Below, piece by piece: positions 34,017-43,859 of a DNA stretch of 64,000 nt. Made by a program: the position numbers and the translations under genes. Under the pieces are notes generated by a model, which was given only the letters and a program-made list of their open reading frames with translations, made no database searches and was not told where the DNA came from. Position 1 is the stretch's first letter. Each line of letters starts with the position of its first letter. The DNA comes from an uncultured Gammaproteobacteria bacterium (GTDB taxonomy: Bacteria > Patescibacteriota > Microgenomatia > Levybacterales > GWA1-39-11): the NCBI GenBank assembly GCA_964531275.1, contig CAZHDZ010000002.1, positions 122,180 through 186,179 on the forward strand, in the 5' to 3' direction.

Positions 34017-35504
34017 ATGAGTTCAATCGAATTAAAGAAAAATTCAAATCGTTTAGAGAAAAATAAAAGTTTTGTGTATAAGGGAGTGAGCTACATGCAT
34101 TATGCTGATATAGCTTTCCATCAAAGTGCATACTATCTCTTTACAAGAAAGCAAAAGATTCTCATTGTTGCTCTTCTACTAACCATAGCGGGTGCATTTC
34201 TTTTCAACTGGCATGCAACATTAATTTTCGCAGTTATATTTGTCACAGCGATATACTTCATTGATTTTTTCTTTAACTTTTTTCTCATCTTTAGAAGTTT
34301 TACAAATAAGCAAGAGCTTTCATTTACGAAAGACGAAGTACTTGCCTATAACAAAAGTTGGCCTACTTACACAATCCTTTGCCCTTTATACAAAGAATGG
34401 GCAGTAATTCCACAATTTGTTAAGGCAATGAAAAATCTTGATTATCCCAAAGAAAAGTTACAAATACTTTTCTTGCTCGAAGAGGATGATGTGCAATCGC
34501 AACAAGTTGTTAAGGAGTTTAATCTTCCTTCATTTTTCGAAACCGTGATTGTTCCACACTCTCTCCCAAAAACAAAACCAAAGGCAATGAATTTTGCATT
34601 GTCTAAAATTAAAGGAGAGTATTGTGTAATTTACGACGCAGAAGATGTGCCAGATACTTTGCAATTAAAGAAAGCGATTCTAGGATTTGATTTATCTGGT
34701 GAAAAAGTAGCATGCATACAAGCAAAACTAAATTTTTATAATCCGAGTCAAAATCTTTTAACAAAGGCTTTCACTGCTGAATATTCATTATGGTTTGAGC
34801 TTATTCTTCCGGGGCTACAGACGCTTAATGCTCCTATACCTCTTGGTGGTACGTCTAATCATTTTCGAACTGAAGGTATTAAGATGCTTGGTGGGTGGGA
34901 TCCATTTAACGTTACAGAAGACGCTGATCTGGGCATTAGACTTTTTAAAAAGGGTTACAAAACTGCAATTCTAGATTCAGTTACTCTTGAAGAGGCAAAT
35001 AGTGATTTTCTTAACTGGTATAACCAAAGAACTCGGTGGATAAAAGGATATATACAGACATACGTTGTTCACATGCGTCATCCCACTACATTTGATAAAA
35101 AGTTTTTGAATTCACATGTATTCTTGTTTCAGTTGATTATAGGGTCCAAAGTTTTCTCTCTTTTAGTAAACCCGTTCATGTGGATGTTAACTCTTGCTTA
35201 TTTTGTGTTCCAATTTCAGTTTGGTGCTTTTGTTGAATCGCTCTACCCGCCAATAGTTTTGTACTTTGCAGTAGCTACCTTAATATTTGGTAATTTTTTG
35301 CAGATTGTATATTACATGATCGGTTGCTACAGAAAAAAAGAATTTGCACTTTGCAAATATGCATTAATAATCCCACTCTATTGGATTGGAATGAGCGTTG
35401 CAGCATGGAAAGCATTATATGAAACGTTCTATAAGCCTTATTACTGGTCAAAAACAAAACATGGTTTACATCTACAAAAGCCTGTAGTTTCTACAAATAG
35501 TTAA
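34017..35504 (+). CDS. family 2 glycosyltransferase, processive beta-glycan synthase-like (BcsA/NodC-like), paralog 1 (single-domain)
   Basis: D...DAED (VIYDAEDVP), TED (VTEDADLGIR) and QxxRW (QRTRWIKGY) motifs, with 2 N-terminal and about 4 C-terminal TM helices. Confidence 0.8.
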   Translation: MSSIELKKNSNRLEKNKSFVYKGVSYMHYADIAFHQSAYYLFTRKQKILIVALLLTIAGAFLFNWHATLIFAVIFVTAIYFIDFFFNFFLIFRSFTNKQELSFTKDEVLAYNKSWPTYTILCPLYKEWAVIPQFVKAMKNLDYPKEKLQILFLLEEDDVQSQQVVKEFNLPSFFETVIVPHSLPKTKPKAMNFALSKIKGEYCVIYDAEDVPDTLQLKKAILGFDLSGEKVACIQAKLNFYNPSQNLLTKAFTAEYSLWFELILPGLQTLNAPIPLGGTSNHFRTEGIKMLGGWDPFNVTEDADLGIRLFKKGYKTAILDSVTLEEANSDFLNWYNQRTRWIKGYIQTYVVHMRHPTTFDKKFLNSHVFLFQLIIGSKVFSLLVNPFMWMLTLAYFVFQFQFGAFVESLYPPIVLYFAVATLIFGNFLQIVYYMIGCYRKKEFALCKYALIIPLYWIGMSVAAWKALYETFYKPYYWSKTKHGLHLQKPVVSTNS

Positions 35505-36932
35505 ATGGGATTCATAAAGAAAAACTTACTTGATATTTTATGTTGGCTGCTTTTAGTGGCCGGGGTTTTTGCTGTTTATGTAGTAGCTATTGAAAAAAAC
35601 TTTACATCATCCGTAGAAAGAGGAAGATACGCCCTAACAAGAGCAATTGTTGAAGATAAGTCTTTTAAAATAGATAGCTATAAAGAGTTTTCGTACCCTG
35701 ACGTTAGTTTTAAAAATGGCCATTACTATAGTCGATTTCCTGCAGGCATGTCTTTCCTGATGGCACCTGCACACATGATAGCTTTAAGGATATCTCCACA
35801 AAATCCACAAATTGTTGGTTTTGAATTCGTATCACTACTCTCTGCACTTTCAGTAGGATTTTTATATATCTTAGGACGAATTAATAAATTCAGCATTTCA
35901 ACTTCATTGCTTGGAGGCTACGTATTTGCGTTTGCGACTATTCTATTTTCATTTTCTGGGGGTTACTGGGCACATATTCCTTCAATTTTTGTTGTCTCAT
36001 CTGTTCTTGTTATCTTTTCTCTTTTCCTAAAAAGTCCAAAGTACCGGCATATATTTCTAATTGCGTTACTCTATTCCATTGGATTCAGCATAGATTTTCC
36101 GAATGCACTTTTCCTTTTCCCGATTATTTTGTTTATTCTTATTGCAGGTTACAAGAAGGGGAAACTTACTTTTCTGAAATATTTTGGTCTCATTATTACT
36201 CCTATTATTCTTATTATTTCGCTAATTCTCTTGTATAACACCTTAAGCTTCGGTAAACCCCTAGCAATTGGACAGTCTGCTTCAGTATCAGTTGGGACGA
36301 GATTTAAAACAAGCTTTATTCCATTAAAAGACTGGACTTCAGAAGGAGTATTTGATGACAGAAGGCTTTTTCCAGGCCTATACACTCAATTAATTAGTTC
36401 TCAACGAGGTCTTCTCATGTTTTCCCCTATCGTTTTCTTGGCTTGCATTGGCTTTATAAGTCTTTTTAAGAAAGACAAAATTTTCAGCACGGTAACTGCG
36501 AGCATTTTCTTGATTAATGTTATTTTTTATTCTGTATGGCAAGACTATTGGGGTGGCTGGAGTTATGGACCAAGATATCTGCTGGCAGTTCTTCCCATAT
36601 TTCTTTTGCCGACTCTTTTCTTTATTAAAGAAAAGCTGAAGAATATTTTGTTTCTAGTTTTATTTATTTTAGCCTCATTCTGGGGAATTTTAATTAACAC
36701 ATTGGGTGCTCTTACGGGCATACTTTTACCGTGCCCCTGCGAAGGATATTATGGACTTAAATATTCTCCACTCCAAGCTTTTAATCACCTTTATACCGCA
36801 AGCGATATTAACTCATTTTTTTACGATTCCTTCCTCCGTTCATTATTATCCCCACAATATATGTTCTTGCTTCTATTTTCTGTAATCATGTTGTTTTTTA
36901 TAGTTCTTGTATTAGTACATGAGAAAAAATAG
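35505..36932 (+). CDS. GT-C family (ArnT/PMT-like) membrane glycosyltransferase, paralog of 53999..55540
   Basis: About 12 TM helices. The first loop ERGRYALTRAIVED resembles the DEGRYAEISREM loop of ArnT/PMT_2. Confidence 0.5.
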   Translation: MGFIKKNLLDILCWLLLVAGVFAVYVVAIEKNFTSSVERGRYALTRAIVEDKSFKIDSYKEFSYPDVSFKNGHYYSRFPAGMSFLMAPAHMIALRISPQNPQIVGFEFVSLLSALSVGFLYILGRINKFSISTSLLGGYVFAFATILFSFSGGYWAHIPSIFVVSSVLVIFSLFLKSPKYRHIFLIALLYSIGFSIDFPNALFLFPIILFILIAGYKKGKLTFLKYFGLIITPIILIISLILLYNTLSFGKPLAIGQSASVSVGTRFKTSFIPLKDWTSEGVFDDRRLFPGLYTQLISSQRGLLMFSPIVFLACIGFISLFKKDKIFSTVTASIFLINVIFYSVWQDYWGGWSYGPRYLLAVLPIFLLPTLFFIKEKLKNILFLVLFILASFWGILINTLGALTGILLPCPCEGYYGLKYSPLQAFNHLYTASDINSFFYDSFLRSLLSPQYMFLLLFSVIMLFFIVLVLVHEKK

Positions 36933-39525
36933 TACACATTTTTATTTTTGGATAACTGCTGCAGTAGCATCAATATTGAGCATTGCCAGTTACATCTATT
37001 ATCTAAATCAAGGCGTTACAGTCGCTTACAACGATGCCAGAGCGCATTTAGATATGGCAAGACTGGTCGTTGATAATCTAAAACCCGGTATCGCACAAAT
37101 GGGAAGCGTTTGGTTACCACTTAATCACGTGCTTATGCTTCCGCTTATATGGAATTACACGCTGTGGCAATCTGGATTTGCAGGAAGTTTGGTGTCAATG
37201 ATCACGTTTATTGGAAGCGCACTTTTCATCTTTTTACTTGTTAATGAACTGACGAAAAAAGCACACGTAGCCTTTCTAGGTAGTCTTGTATTCATTTTAA
37301 ATCCAAACGTGTTATATATGCAGACAACACCCATGACAGAACTTACGCTTTTATTCTTCTTTACAGGCACAAGCTACTTTCTCTGTAAGTGGGTAAAAGA
37401 AAATTTCAACATTATCTATTTAATATTATCTGCTTTCATGGTATTTGGTGCCACCCTCACGCGGTATGATGGATGGTTCCTATTTATCTGCCTCATACCC
37501 TTAATAGCCGTTATGTCATTTGTTTCTGTTATTTCAAAAAGAACTGATATAAAACGAGCAGTTCTTGTTCAGTTAGCAAGAATTATTGAAGGAAGAATTG
37601 TAATTTTTTCGACAATTGGAGGCTATGGAATCCTATTATGGCTATTATGGAACCAAATTATTTACGGACAAGCCCTCTATTTCATGATCGGTCCATATTC
37701 AGCATATGCGCAGCAAACAAAGATTAAAGAGGCTGGGTCCTTATTAACCTACCACAACCTTCCACTCTCCATACAGTCTTATTGGTGGGCGATGGTTGAC
37801 AATACAGGCTCGCTATTGTTATTGCTAGGCGTAATTGGCTTCTTATACTTCCTTATTAAGCAAAAAATTAACCCAATTGCTTTAGCGCTATACACACTAC
37901 TTACCCCGTTGGTTTTCCATATACTTTCACTGTATGCAGGGAATTCAATATTAGTTGTGCCCGAGCTTGGTTCATCAGCTACACAAGAAGCTCATACCTC
38001 ATGGTTTAATGTAAGATATGGGTTAATGATGGTTCCCGCTGTTGCTATTTTTAGCGCATATCTTGCAAGTAAAGCCCGACTTATTGCAGTAATATTATTA
38101 ATTTCGATAATTGCTCAAGCAGGTTTGTTGTATATTAGAAATGATGTTATTACACTAACTGATGGTGTGATCGGGACTAGTTCACTGGACGTTGGAGATG
38201 CAAGCACCTGGATGAGGAGTGAGGTTGCTTCTGGAAATGGCCACATTTTAACCTCTATTGCCTACAATAATGCTTTAGCTTTTAGCACTGGTATTCCCCT
38301 AAAGAGGTTTATTCATGAAGGCACGGGAAATTACTGGTCAGACTCATTAACAGCACCCTCCAAGCATGCTACGTGGATAGTTATGGCAAATGGAGATGTA
38401 GGAGATGCAATATATACATCTTTAGTAACAAAGAAGAATCCTGATTTTAAGAATAACTTTACTCTGGTTATGAAAGGGAAGCATACGAATATTTATCAAA
38501 GAAACGAAACCTTAACGGATAAAAAAAATGCTGTTTTGGGTGTAAATATGGAAAATCTCAACATTCATGGCATGAATTCATATGATCTTGTATACAGAAC
38601 ACATAGGGAAATAGATGAAACCCTCAGTACTGCCGCTTCTCATAATATAAATACAATCCGTTTTTGGGGTTTTGGCGAAGGCTTTAAAGACTCATTCCAA
38701 CCAAATCTCGGAGAATTTAACTATAAAATGTTTGATAATTTGGCATACGCTGTTCATGAAGCTGAAAAAAAGAACCTAAAAGTAATTATCACATTCTCGA
38801 ATTATTGGAAGGATTATGGTGGAATAATTCAGTACTTAAAGTGGCACAACCTACCTAGTGCAACTACTACTCAAAAAGATGAATTTTTTCAAAATGAAAA
38901 AATAATTGTAAGCTTTGAAAAGTATATAAATGAGCTCTTGAGCTATAAGAGTTTGTACACAGGCAAACCCTTAAAGGAAGAGAAAGCTATTCTCGGATGG
39001 GAGCTAATGAATGAAGCGAGAAGTTCCACGGTTAAACGACAGGATATAATATTAAAATGGATGGATCGAACTTCTACTTATGTTAAGAGGCTAGATCCTA
39101 CTCGTCCAATTTTCGCAGGAGTAGAAGGTTTTACAGCTCAGTATCAACCTGATGGACATGGGCCGTTATTAGAAGATGTAGCGAAGCTTAAAAATATCGA
39201 TATCTTAACTGGTCACTACTACATAAGGGAAAATGATAAGTCTTCAATCGCTGAAGTGTTTTCGTATTGGCAAAAGATACAAAAAAGCAGCGGAAAACCT
39301 CTTCTTGTTGAAGAGGCTGGATTTGTAAAGAATAAAAAAGGGAATGAAAATAAAAACAGAATAGACCTATATAAAGACATATATAAAGAGGCTGATTCAA
39401 GAGGGCTTAACGGAGTGCTTCTTTGGAATTGGGCTCTAGCGATAGACAGTAGTTTTGGAATTTCCCCAAAAGATAAAAATGATAGTGCTATTTTAAATTT
39501 AATAAAAACGCAGGGAGCTAAGTAG
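36919..39525 (+). CDS. fusion protein: N-terminal GT-C-like multi-TM domain (paralog of 45212.. and 52378..) plus C-terminal GH5-type glycoside hydrolase domain
   Basis: The N-terminal roughly 500 aa are multi-TM with YNDARAHLDMARLVVDNLKPGIAQMGSVWLPLNHVLMLP. The C-terminal roughly 330 aa carry NTIRFWGF, a TIM-barrel strand LKVIITFSNYW, and a GWELMNEAR (NEP-like) catalytic acid/base motif of GH5. Confidence 0.55.
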   Translation: MRKNSTHFYFWITAAVASILSIASYIYYLNQGVTVAYNDARAHLDMARLVVDNLKPGIAQMGSVWLPLNHVLMLPLIWNYTLWQSGFAGSLVSMITFIGSALFIFLLVNELTKKAHVAFLGSLVFILNPNVLYMQTTPMTELTLLFFFTGTSYFLCKWVKENFNIIYLILSAFMVFGATLTRYDGWFLFICLIPLIAVMSFVSVISKRTDIKRAVLVQLARIIEGRIVIFSTIGGYGILLWLLWNQIIYGQALYFMIGPYSAYAQQTKIKEAGSLLTYHNLPLSIQSYWWAMVDNTGSLLLLLGVIGFLYFLIKQKINPIALALYTLLTPLVFHILSLYAGNSILVVPELGSSATQEAHTSWFNVRYGLMMVPAVAIFSAYLASKARLIAVILLISIIAQAGLLYIRNDVITLTDGVIGTSSLDVGDASTWMRSEVASGNGHILTSIAYNNALAFSTGIPLKRFIHEGTGNYWSDSLTAPSKHATWIVMANGDVGDAIYTSLVTKKNPDFKNNFTLVMKGKHTNIYQRNETLTDKKNAVLGVNMENLNIHGMNSYDLVYRTHREIDETLSTAASHNINTIRFWGFGEGFKDSFQPNLGEFNYKMFDNLAYAVHEAEKKNLKVIITFSNYWKDYGGIIQYLKWHNLPSATTTQKDEFFQNEKIIVSFEKYINELLSYKSLYTGKPLKEEKAILGWELMNEARSSTVKRQDIILKWMDRTSTYVKRLDPTRPIFAGVEGFTAQYQPDGHGPLLEDVAKLKNIDILTGHYYIRENDKSSIAEVFSYWQKIQKSSGKPLLVEEAGFVKNKKGNENKNRIDLYKDIYKEADSRGLNGVLLWNWALAIDSSFGISPKDKNDSAILNLIKTQGAK

Positions 39526-39542
39526 ATGAGTGTTTAAAAAGA

Positions 39543-40091
39543 TTAGGCTTCGGGTGTTGCGATTTGAGTTGCCGTGATCACAAATTCTAGACCACTTTTG
39601 AGATTGTTGAAATGAGGTTCGTAAGGAAAATACAGTTGTCTTTCTTCTTCAACCCCAAGCTCCCAGCGACTGACATCCCAGGCTAGTCTATCTCCATTTT
39701 CCGAATATTGCCCTAATCCCTGATAGGTAGGTACACCCCCTACTGAAAGGCTAATTCTTGCAAGATCAATCTCTGGATCTATTTCATCAAACGCAAAAGA
39801 CATTGATACAGGTCCCTCGGAAAGGACTCGTGTTTTGTCCGGTTGCATTTCGTATACTACTTTTGTCGGACCCAGAGGCATATCTCCCTCGATAGTTTTG
39901 CTTGATGTTGCGGCTAGACTAAAGTTCCAACGACCTTTGCCAAGACCTTCTACGTCTAGGTCTACTGTTCCTAATTCGATATCTTCAAAGTCTCTTTCTC
40001 CATCTATATTTGGCTCAAAGTCTTCAGGTATTCTAAATTTCTCACCAAGTTTTACGTTAAGTTGTGGTCTAGGATTCTCTTCTGAGGTCAT
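39543..40091 (-). CDS. hypothetical protein (acidic, no TM helices)
   Basis: 182-aa ORF with no recognisable motif and slightly elevated GC. Confidence 0.35.
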   Translation of the reverse strand: MTSEENPRPQLNVKLGEKFRIPEDFEPNIDGERDFEDIELGTVDLDVEGLGKGRWNFSLAATSSKTIEGDMPLGPTKVVYEMQPDKTRVLSEGPVSMSFAFDEIDPEIDLARISLSVGGVPTYQGLGQYSENGDRLAWDVSRWELGVEEERQLYFPYEPHFNNLKSGLEFVITATQIATPEA

Positions 40092-40132
40092 TTGTAAAGT
40101 ATAAGGGTGGGGCTAAATGGAGTCAATAATTG

Positions 40133-40951
40133 TTATAGTGACCAGATCTTGAAGTTCTTAAATTCTACGTCCATAAAATCTGTTCTTATTCCTGCGTAAT
40201 TATCTTCACTTATAGGTCTTGAGCCATATCTAGATCCCTCGTCTGTTGCTGTAAGATACGTGGTCCATGAGCCTCTATTCTGCAAATCTCCTTCAAGCGT
40301 TATGTTAACCTTTCCATTGTCATTTCTGACAACGGTCTTAATACCTATCCACGAGTTGAGGGGAATGAGATTTGGATTTGAATTTCTATTATATGTTCCA
40401 TTGAGCACTTTCTTGTAGGCCAATGTATAGTATGACCCATTTAATTTCTTTTTAATTACCATAGCACCATCAACTCTTAATCCTGCGTAGTACAGAGTTT
40501 GGCCATCCATTGCGTATCTGCTCATGAGTAAAATTCCATTCCCTTCACTTCTATTACTACTAGAAAGCGCGTTGTAACGATTTATTTTGAAATAATTTGT
40601 TTGAGCAAAATTGCCCCATCGTGGTCTTGTGATAAGCCTTAGAAGATTTTGTGGTTGTCTTCCTCCGTTAGTATCAGTACTGCTACTTTTTGCGTACATT
40701 TGGAAAATAGGACTGGAAGAAGGAAGATCTCCCTGGAGTGATTTACCAATTCCGTCTGTGACTGTGATTGTTCCACCAGAATTAACCCACAAATTTGGGT
40801 TATTGCTCGTATCCATGCTGCCGGCGCCGAGAATTGTCATATTCTGGCCTGGGGTAAATGAATAAAGAATAGCTGCGTAAGCTTGAGTGGCTCCAACTAA
40901 ACTTAAGAGAAAAAGGGCAAGCAGTATAACTTTCATTTGATGCTGCTTCAT
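40133..40951 (-). CDS. secreted protein with a LamG/concanavalin-like jelly-roll domain
   Basis: Signal peptide MKVILLALFLLSLVGATQAYA. The beta-rich body contains a YAGLRVDG block similar to the C-terminal domain of the adjacent deacetylase. Confidence 0.4.
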   Translation of the reverse strand: MKQHQMKVILLALFLLSLVGATQAYAAILYSFTPGQNMTILGAGSMDTSNNPNLWVNSGGTITVTDGIGKSLQGDLPSSSPIFQMYAKSSSTDTNGGRQPQNLLRLITRPRWGNFAQTNYFKINRYNALSSSNRSEGNGILLMSRYAMDGQTLYYAGLRVDGAMVIKKKLNGSYYTLAYKKVLNGTYNRNSNPNLIPLNSWIGIKTVVRNDNGKVNITLEGDLQNRGSWTTYLTATDEGSRYGSRPISEDNYAGIRTDFMDVEFKNFKIWSL

Positions 40952-42540
40952 CGGTCCTCATAATATACCTTTACGTCACTAATTTCAACTTTTGCCTTAT
41001 TCTGAGTTCCTGAATACACACCAAATCCAATTCCACCATTTGGAATTGTGCCAACGGTTCTAGAAGATATGAGAGTCCTATTGTTGTAGAGGCATTCGAT
41101 TAAATTGCCTGTTACTCTCATTCCTATATATGCTCCGTCAGAAAGCGTTAAATAGTAATTACTTCCTGTCTTTGTAAGTACTATTCTTTTGCCATCTACT
41201 TTTTGGTCAAGAGTTACTCCGTCAGGGTTATAGGTGCAAACAACCATATTATTTCCATCAATTGCTCTTGAGATTACACTAAAGTTCTTTCCACTAACAA
41301 GCTTTGCGTTTGCACTTACAGTGTAGTCAGTCCAAAGATATGACCCGTCTAAAAATGTTGTTAGACTTGCACTTTTGGTGCCAACATTCAACGTCATAAC
41401 TCCTTGAGAAATTGTGTAGTCGAGATTTCCATTGCTACTTACCCAATTCTCGTTTTCTTCTACAAAAAAGTTGCCCGTAAAAGGAAGACTTTTTGATTGG
41501 CTCGCAGCCATGGTATGTATAAATTCCGTAATTTTTACATTCTCTGAGGACTTTATTCTTCTAACAAGTCTTTTCTCTGCATTGATTTTAAAATTATTTC
41601 TAAAGTAACCGGTTCTTTTATCTGTTTTAAATTGGATCATATATTTGTTGTATACACTTGCAGTAAGCGCCAAGATCTCCCCAGCAGTACTTTCCGTGCC
41701 ATAATCTCCAAATGGAAATGCATAACTTGTTACTGTATTGCCCAGAAGATCTTCAATATCTCTTTTCGAATCTGTTAAGTCCTGAATAATTCTTTCTCTA
41801 TATTCCTTGTCATTTTCTAGTCTGTTCTCACGATCAAGCCATTTCTTGTTAGTCATGAAATGTCCCCTCTTCCCTTCTTTATTTATTTTGATAAGATTGT
41901 GATCATTTCTTCCATGAGACTGTATATCCCATCTACCTGTCGCAGCCATTTCCAGCACTTCTTCTCGAGTTATGTAATATGGGGATTTTTCATTTGTAGT
42001 CGAATGAGCAGTGATAACATACATAATTGCCTTAAAGCCCAATGCCTGAAGTAAAGGATCGGAGTTATAGTAGCTCGTCTTAATACCGTCATCGAAAGTT
42101 AAAAGAAATGATCTATCGGGAAGTTCAATCTTTCCTTCCAAAAAATCTTCAAATTCTCTAAGCGTTACGGTCCTGTACCCTTCCTTCTTAAGAGCAAGCA
42201 TTTGTTGAGTAAAATTCTCGAGAGAGATTTCTTCAGTAGGATCTTCAATCTTACCGCTCTCTCTTGTAACTCCGTGATATACAAGAACCGGAACTGCATC
42301 CGCATTTCTGTTTTCAATTTTATTAACAACAAGATTAGATACAACTTTTTGATAGTTATTTAGATCGTCATTCATTTGCTTCTGTAACTGACTCTCACGA
42401 CTTTGCACTTTGGCAGCTTTTTCAAATATGAAATCAATTGCCGAAGTGTGAAAATAGTACTTTCCGATTAAATTGGAAAGTACAAAAAAAAGTAGAAGAA
42501 CTCCAACTATCTCTACAAGAAATTTTAACCTCTTATCCAT
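40948..42540 (-). CDS. polysaccharide deacetylase (CE4, NodB domain) with N-terminal TM anchor and C-terminal LamG-like domain
   Basis: LLTFDDGIKTSYY (TFDDG motif 1), HGRNDH (His motif), and an N-terminal TM helix. The C-terminal roughly 170 aa form a jelly-roll-like domain. Confidence 0.7.
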   Translation of the reverse strand: MDKRLKFLVEIVGVLLLFFVLSNLIGKYYFHTSAIDFIFEKAAKVQSRESQLQKQMNDDLNNYQKVVSNLVVNKIENRNADAVPVLVYHGVTRESGKIEDPTEEISLENFTQQMLALKKEGYRTVTLREFEDFLEGKIELPDRSFLLTFDDGIKTSYYNSDPLLQALGFKAIMYVITAHSTTNEKSPYYITREEVLEMAATGRWDIQSHGRNDHNLIKINKEGKRGHFMTNKKWLDRENRLENDKEYRERIIQDLTDSKRDIEDLLGNTVTSYAFPFGDYGTESTAGEILALTASVYNKYMIQFKTDKRTGYFRNNFKINAEKRLVRRIKSSENVKITEFIHTMAASQSKSLPFTGNFFVEENENWVSSNGNLDYTISQGVMTLNVGTKSASLTTFLDGSYLWTDYTVSANAKLVSGKNFSVISRAIDGNNMVVCTYNPDGVTLDQKVDGKRIVLTKTGSNYYLTLSDGAYIGMRVTGNLIECLYNNRTLISSRTVGTIPNGGIGFGVYSGTQNKAKVEISDVKVYYEDR

Positions 42541-43859
42541 ATTGATTTTTTAATAGTAAAAAGGGAATAGAATATCAACCAAGAAAGAATAAAGGTAGAC
42601 ATAAGGCTCATGATTGGTCTAAAAATCCACTTATAATCGCTGTTTTCTTCGAATTTATACGCAAGCCCGTACAAAAAGCCTACAAATGCAATTCCTACTA
42701 TATACAAAAAACCTGTCTCAAAGTTACCCCGGAGAGGCAGGTAGATTATGTGTCTTGCTACAATAAAAGGTCCAAGCAATACAAAAAGGATGTGCGTATA
42801 ATAGACGGCTGCAGGAATAAAAGGCTTCTTCCAATAAAAGCTACCGGTAAAGAAAATATTGCGAATAAAACTTTTCTTCCATCTAACTTGCTGCTTAATA
42901 AATTTAGGAAAAGTATCGGGAATATTTGTCCAAACTTTAGCAGATTTTGAGTACACCACTTTCCAATCCTTTGCGGGATAATTAACTGAAGTTACAAATG
43001 GGGAATCTTTGTATTGCTTCTTTAGTTTTTTCTCAAGAAATTTACTTCCCAGTACGAAGGCTGTTAATGTTCTATCTGTGGCAAATCTAAATTCTTGACC
43101 CAAAAATGTGTCACCTTCCCAGGCAGGTATGAAATTGTAAATTGCTTCTCGCCTAAAAACAGCTAGGGGTCCTGAGACACAAGTTACCGCGCCAAAGACA
43201 CTTTCAAAAGCTTTTCTAATAGAGAACTGGCCCTCATACCAAGTGTCCTGAATTTTAGTAAGCAGGTTCTTCTCTGAGTTAAGAGCTCTGCAATGTCCAC
43301 TGACTGCACCAATTGATGAATCGTGTGCAAATATAAGCTCGATCTTTTCAAGAGCATCTGGTGCAAGCACAGAATCGCTATCAGAAAAAGCAAGAATGCT
43401 ACCTTTGGATTCAAAGATTGCTTTTGCTATTGCTTTTTTCTTCCCAAGATTTTGAGTTAATGTAATAACTTTAATTTTGTAATTCTTAGCCAGCCTTGCA
43501 AGTAGAAGTGGTGTAGCATCGTCACTTTGATCATCAACAATTATTATTTCTTTATTTGTGTAGGTTTGGTGAATGATAGAAAGAACACATCTCTCGATAA
43601 GTGCTTCCTCATTTCGCACTGCAACAATACACGTAATAAGATTTCGTCCACCTTTAGTAAAGCGCGAATTCTTAGCAACAATATATGGATCCTTATAGAA
43701 ATTAAAAACAGTAAAAAATACAAAAAGAATTCCAAGAGTAACGGTCACTCCATAACCCAAGAAAAGCACACTCTCATTTCCTTGCGAGAATAATAGCTTC
43801 CCAGCAAGTATAGAAACAATCGTTAGAAGTATGACGTGAGAGGCTATTTTTTTTCTCAT
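42525..43859 (-). CDS. family 2 glycosyltransferase (membrane-embedded, PgaC/Bcs-like)
   Basis: IIVDDQSDD, AFSDSDSV (DxD), QVRWKKS (QxxRW), and N- and C-terminal TM helices. Confidence 0.7.
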   Translation of the reverse strand: MRKKIASHVILLTIVSILAGKLLFSQGNESVLFLGYGVTVTLGILFVFFTVFNFYKDPYIVAKNSRFTKGGRNLITCIVAVRNEEALIERCVLSIIHQTYTNKEIIIVDDQSDDATPLLLARLAKNYKIKVITLTQNLGKKKAIAKAIFESKGSILAFSDSDSVLAPDALEKIELIFAHDSSIGAVSGHCRALNSEKNLLTKIQDTWYEGQFSIRKAFESVFGAVTCVSGPLAVFRREAIYNFIPAWEGDTFLGQEFRFATDRTLTAFVLGSKFLEKKLKKQYKDSPFVTSVNYPAKDWKVVYSKSAKVWTNIPDTFPKFIKQQVRWKKSFIRNIFFTGSFYWKKPFIPAAVYYTHILFVLLGPFIVARHIIYLPLRGNFETGFLYIVGIAFVGFLYGLAYKFEENSDYKWIFRPIMSLMSTFILSWLIFYSLFTIKKSIWIRG

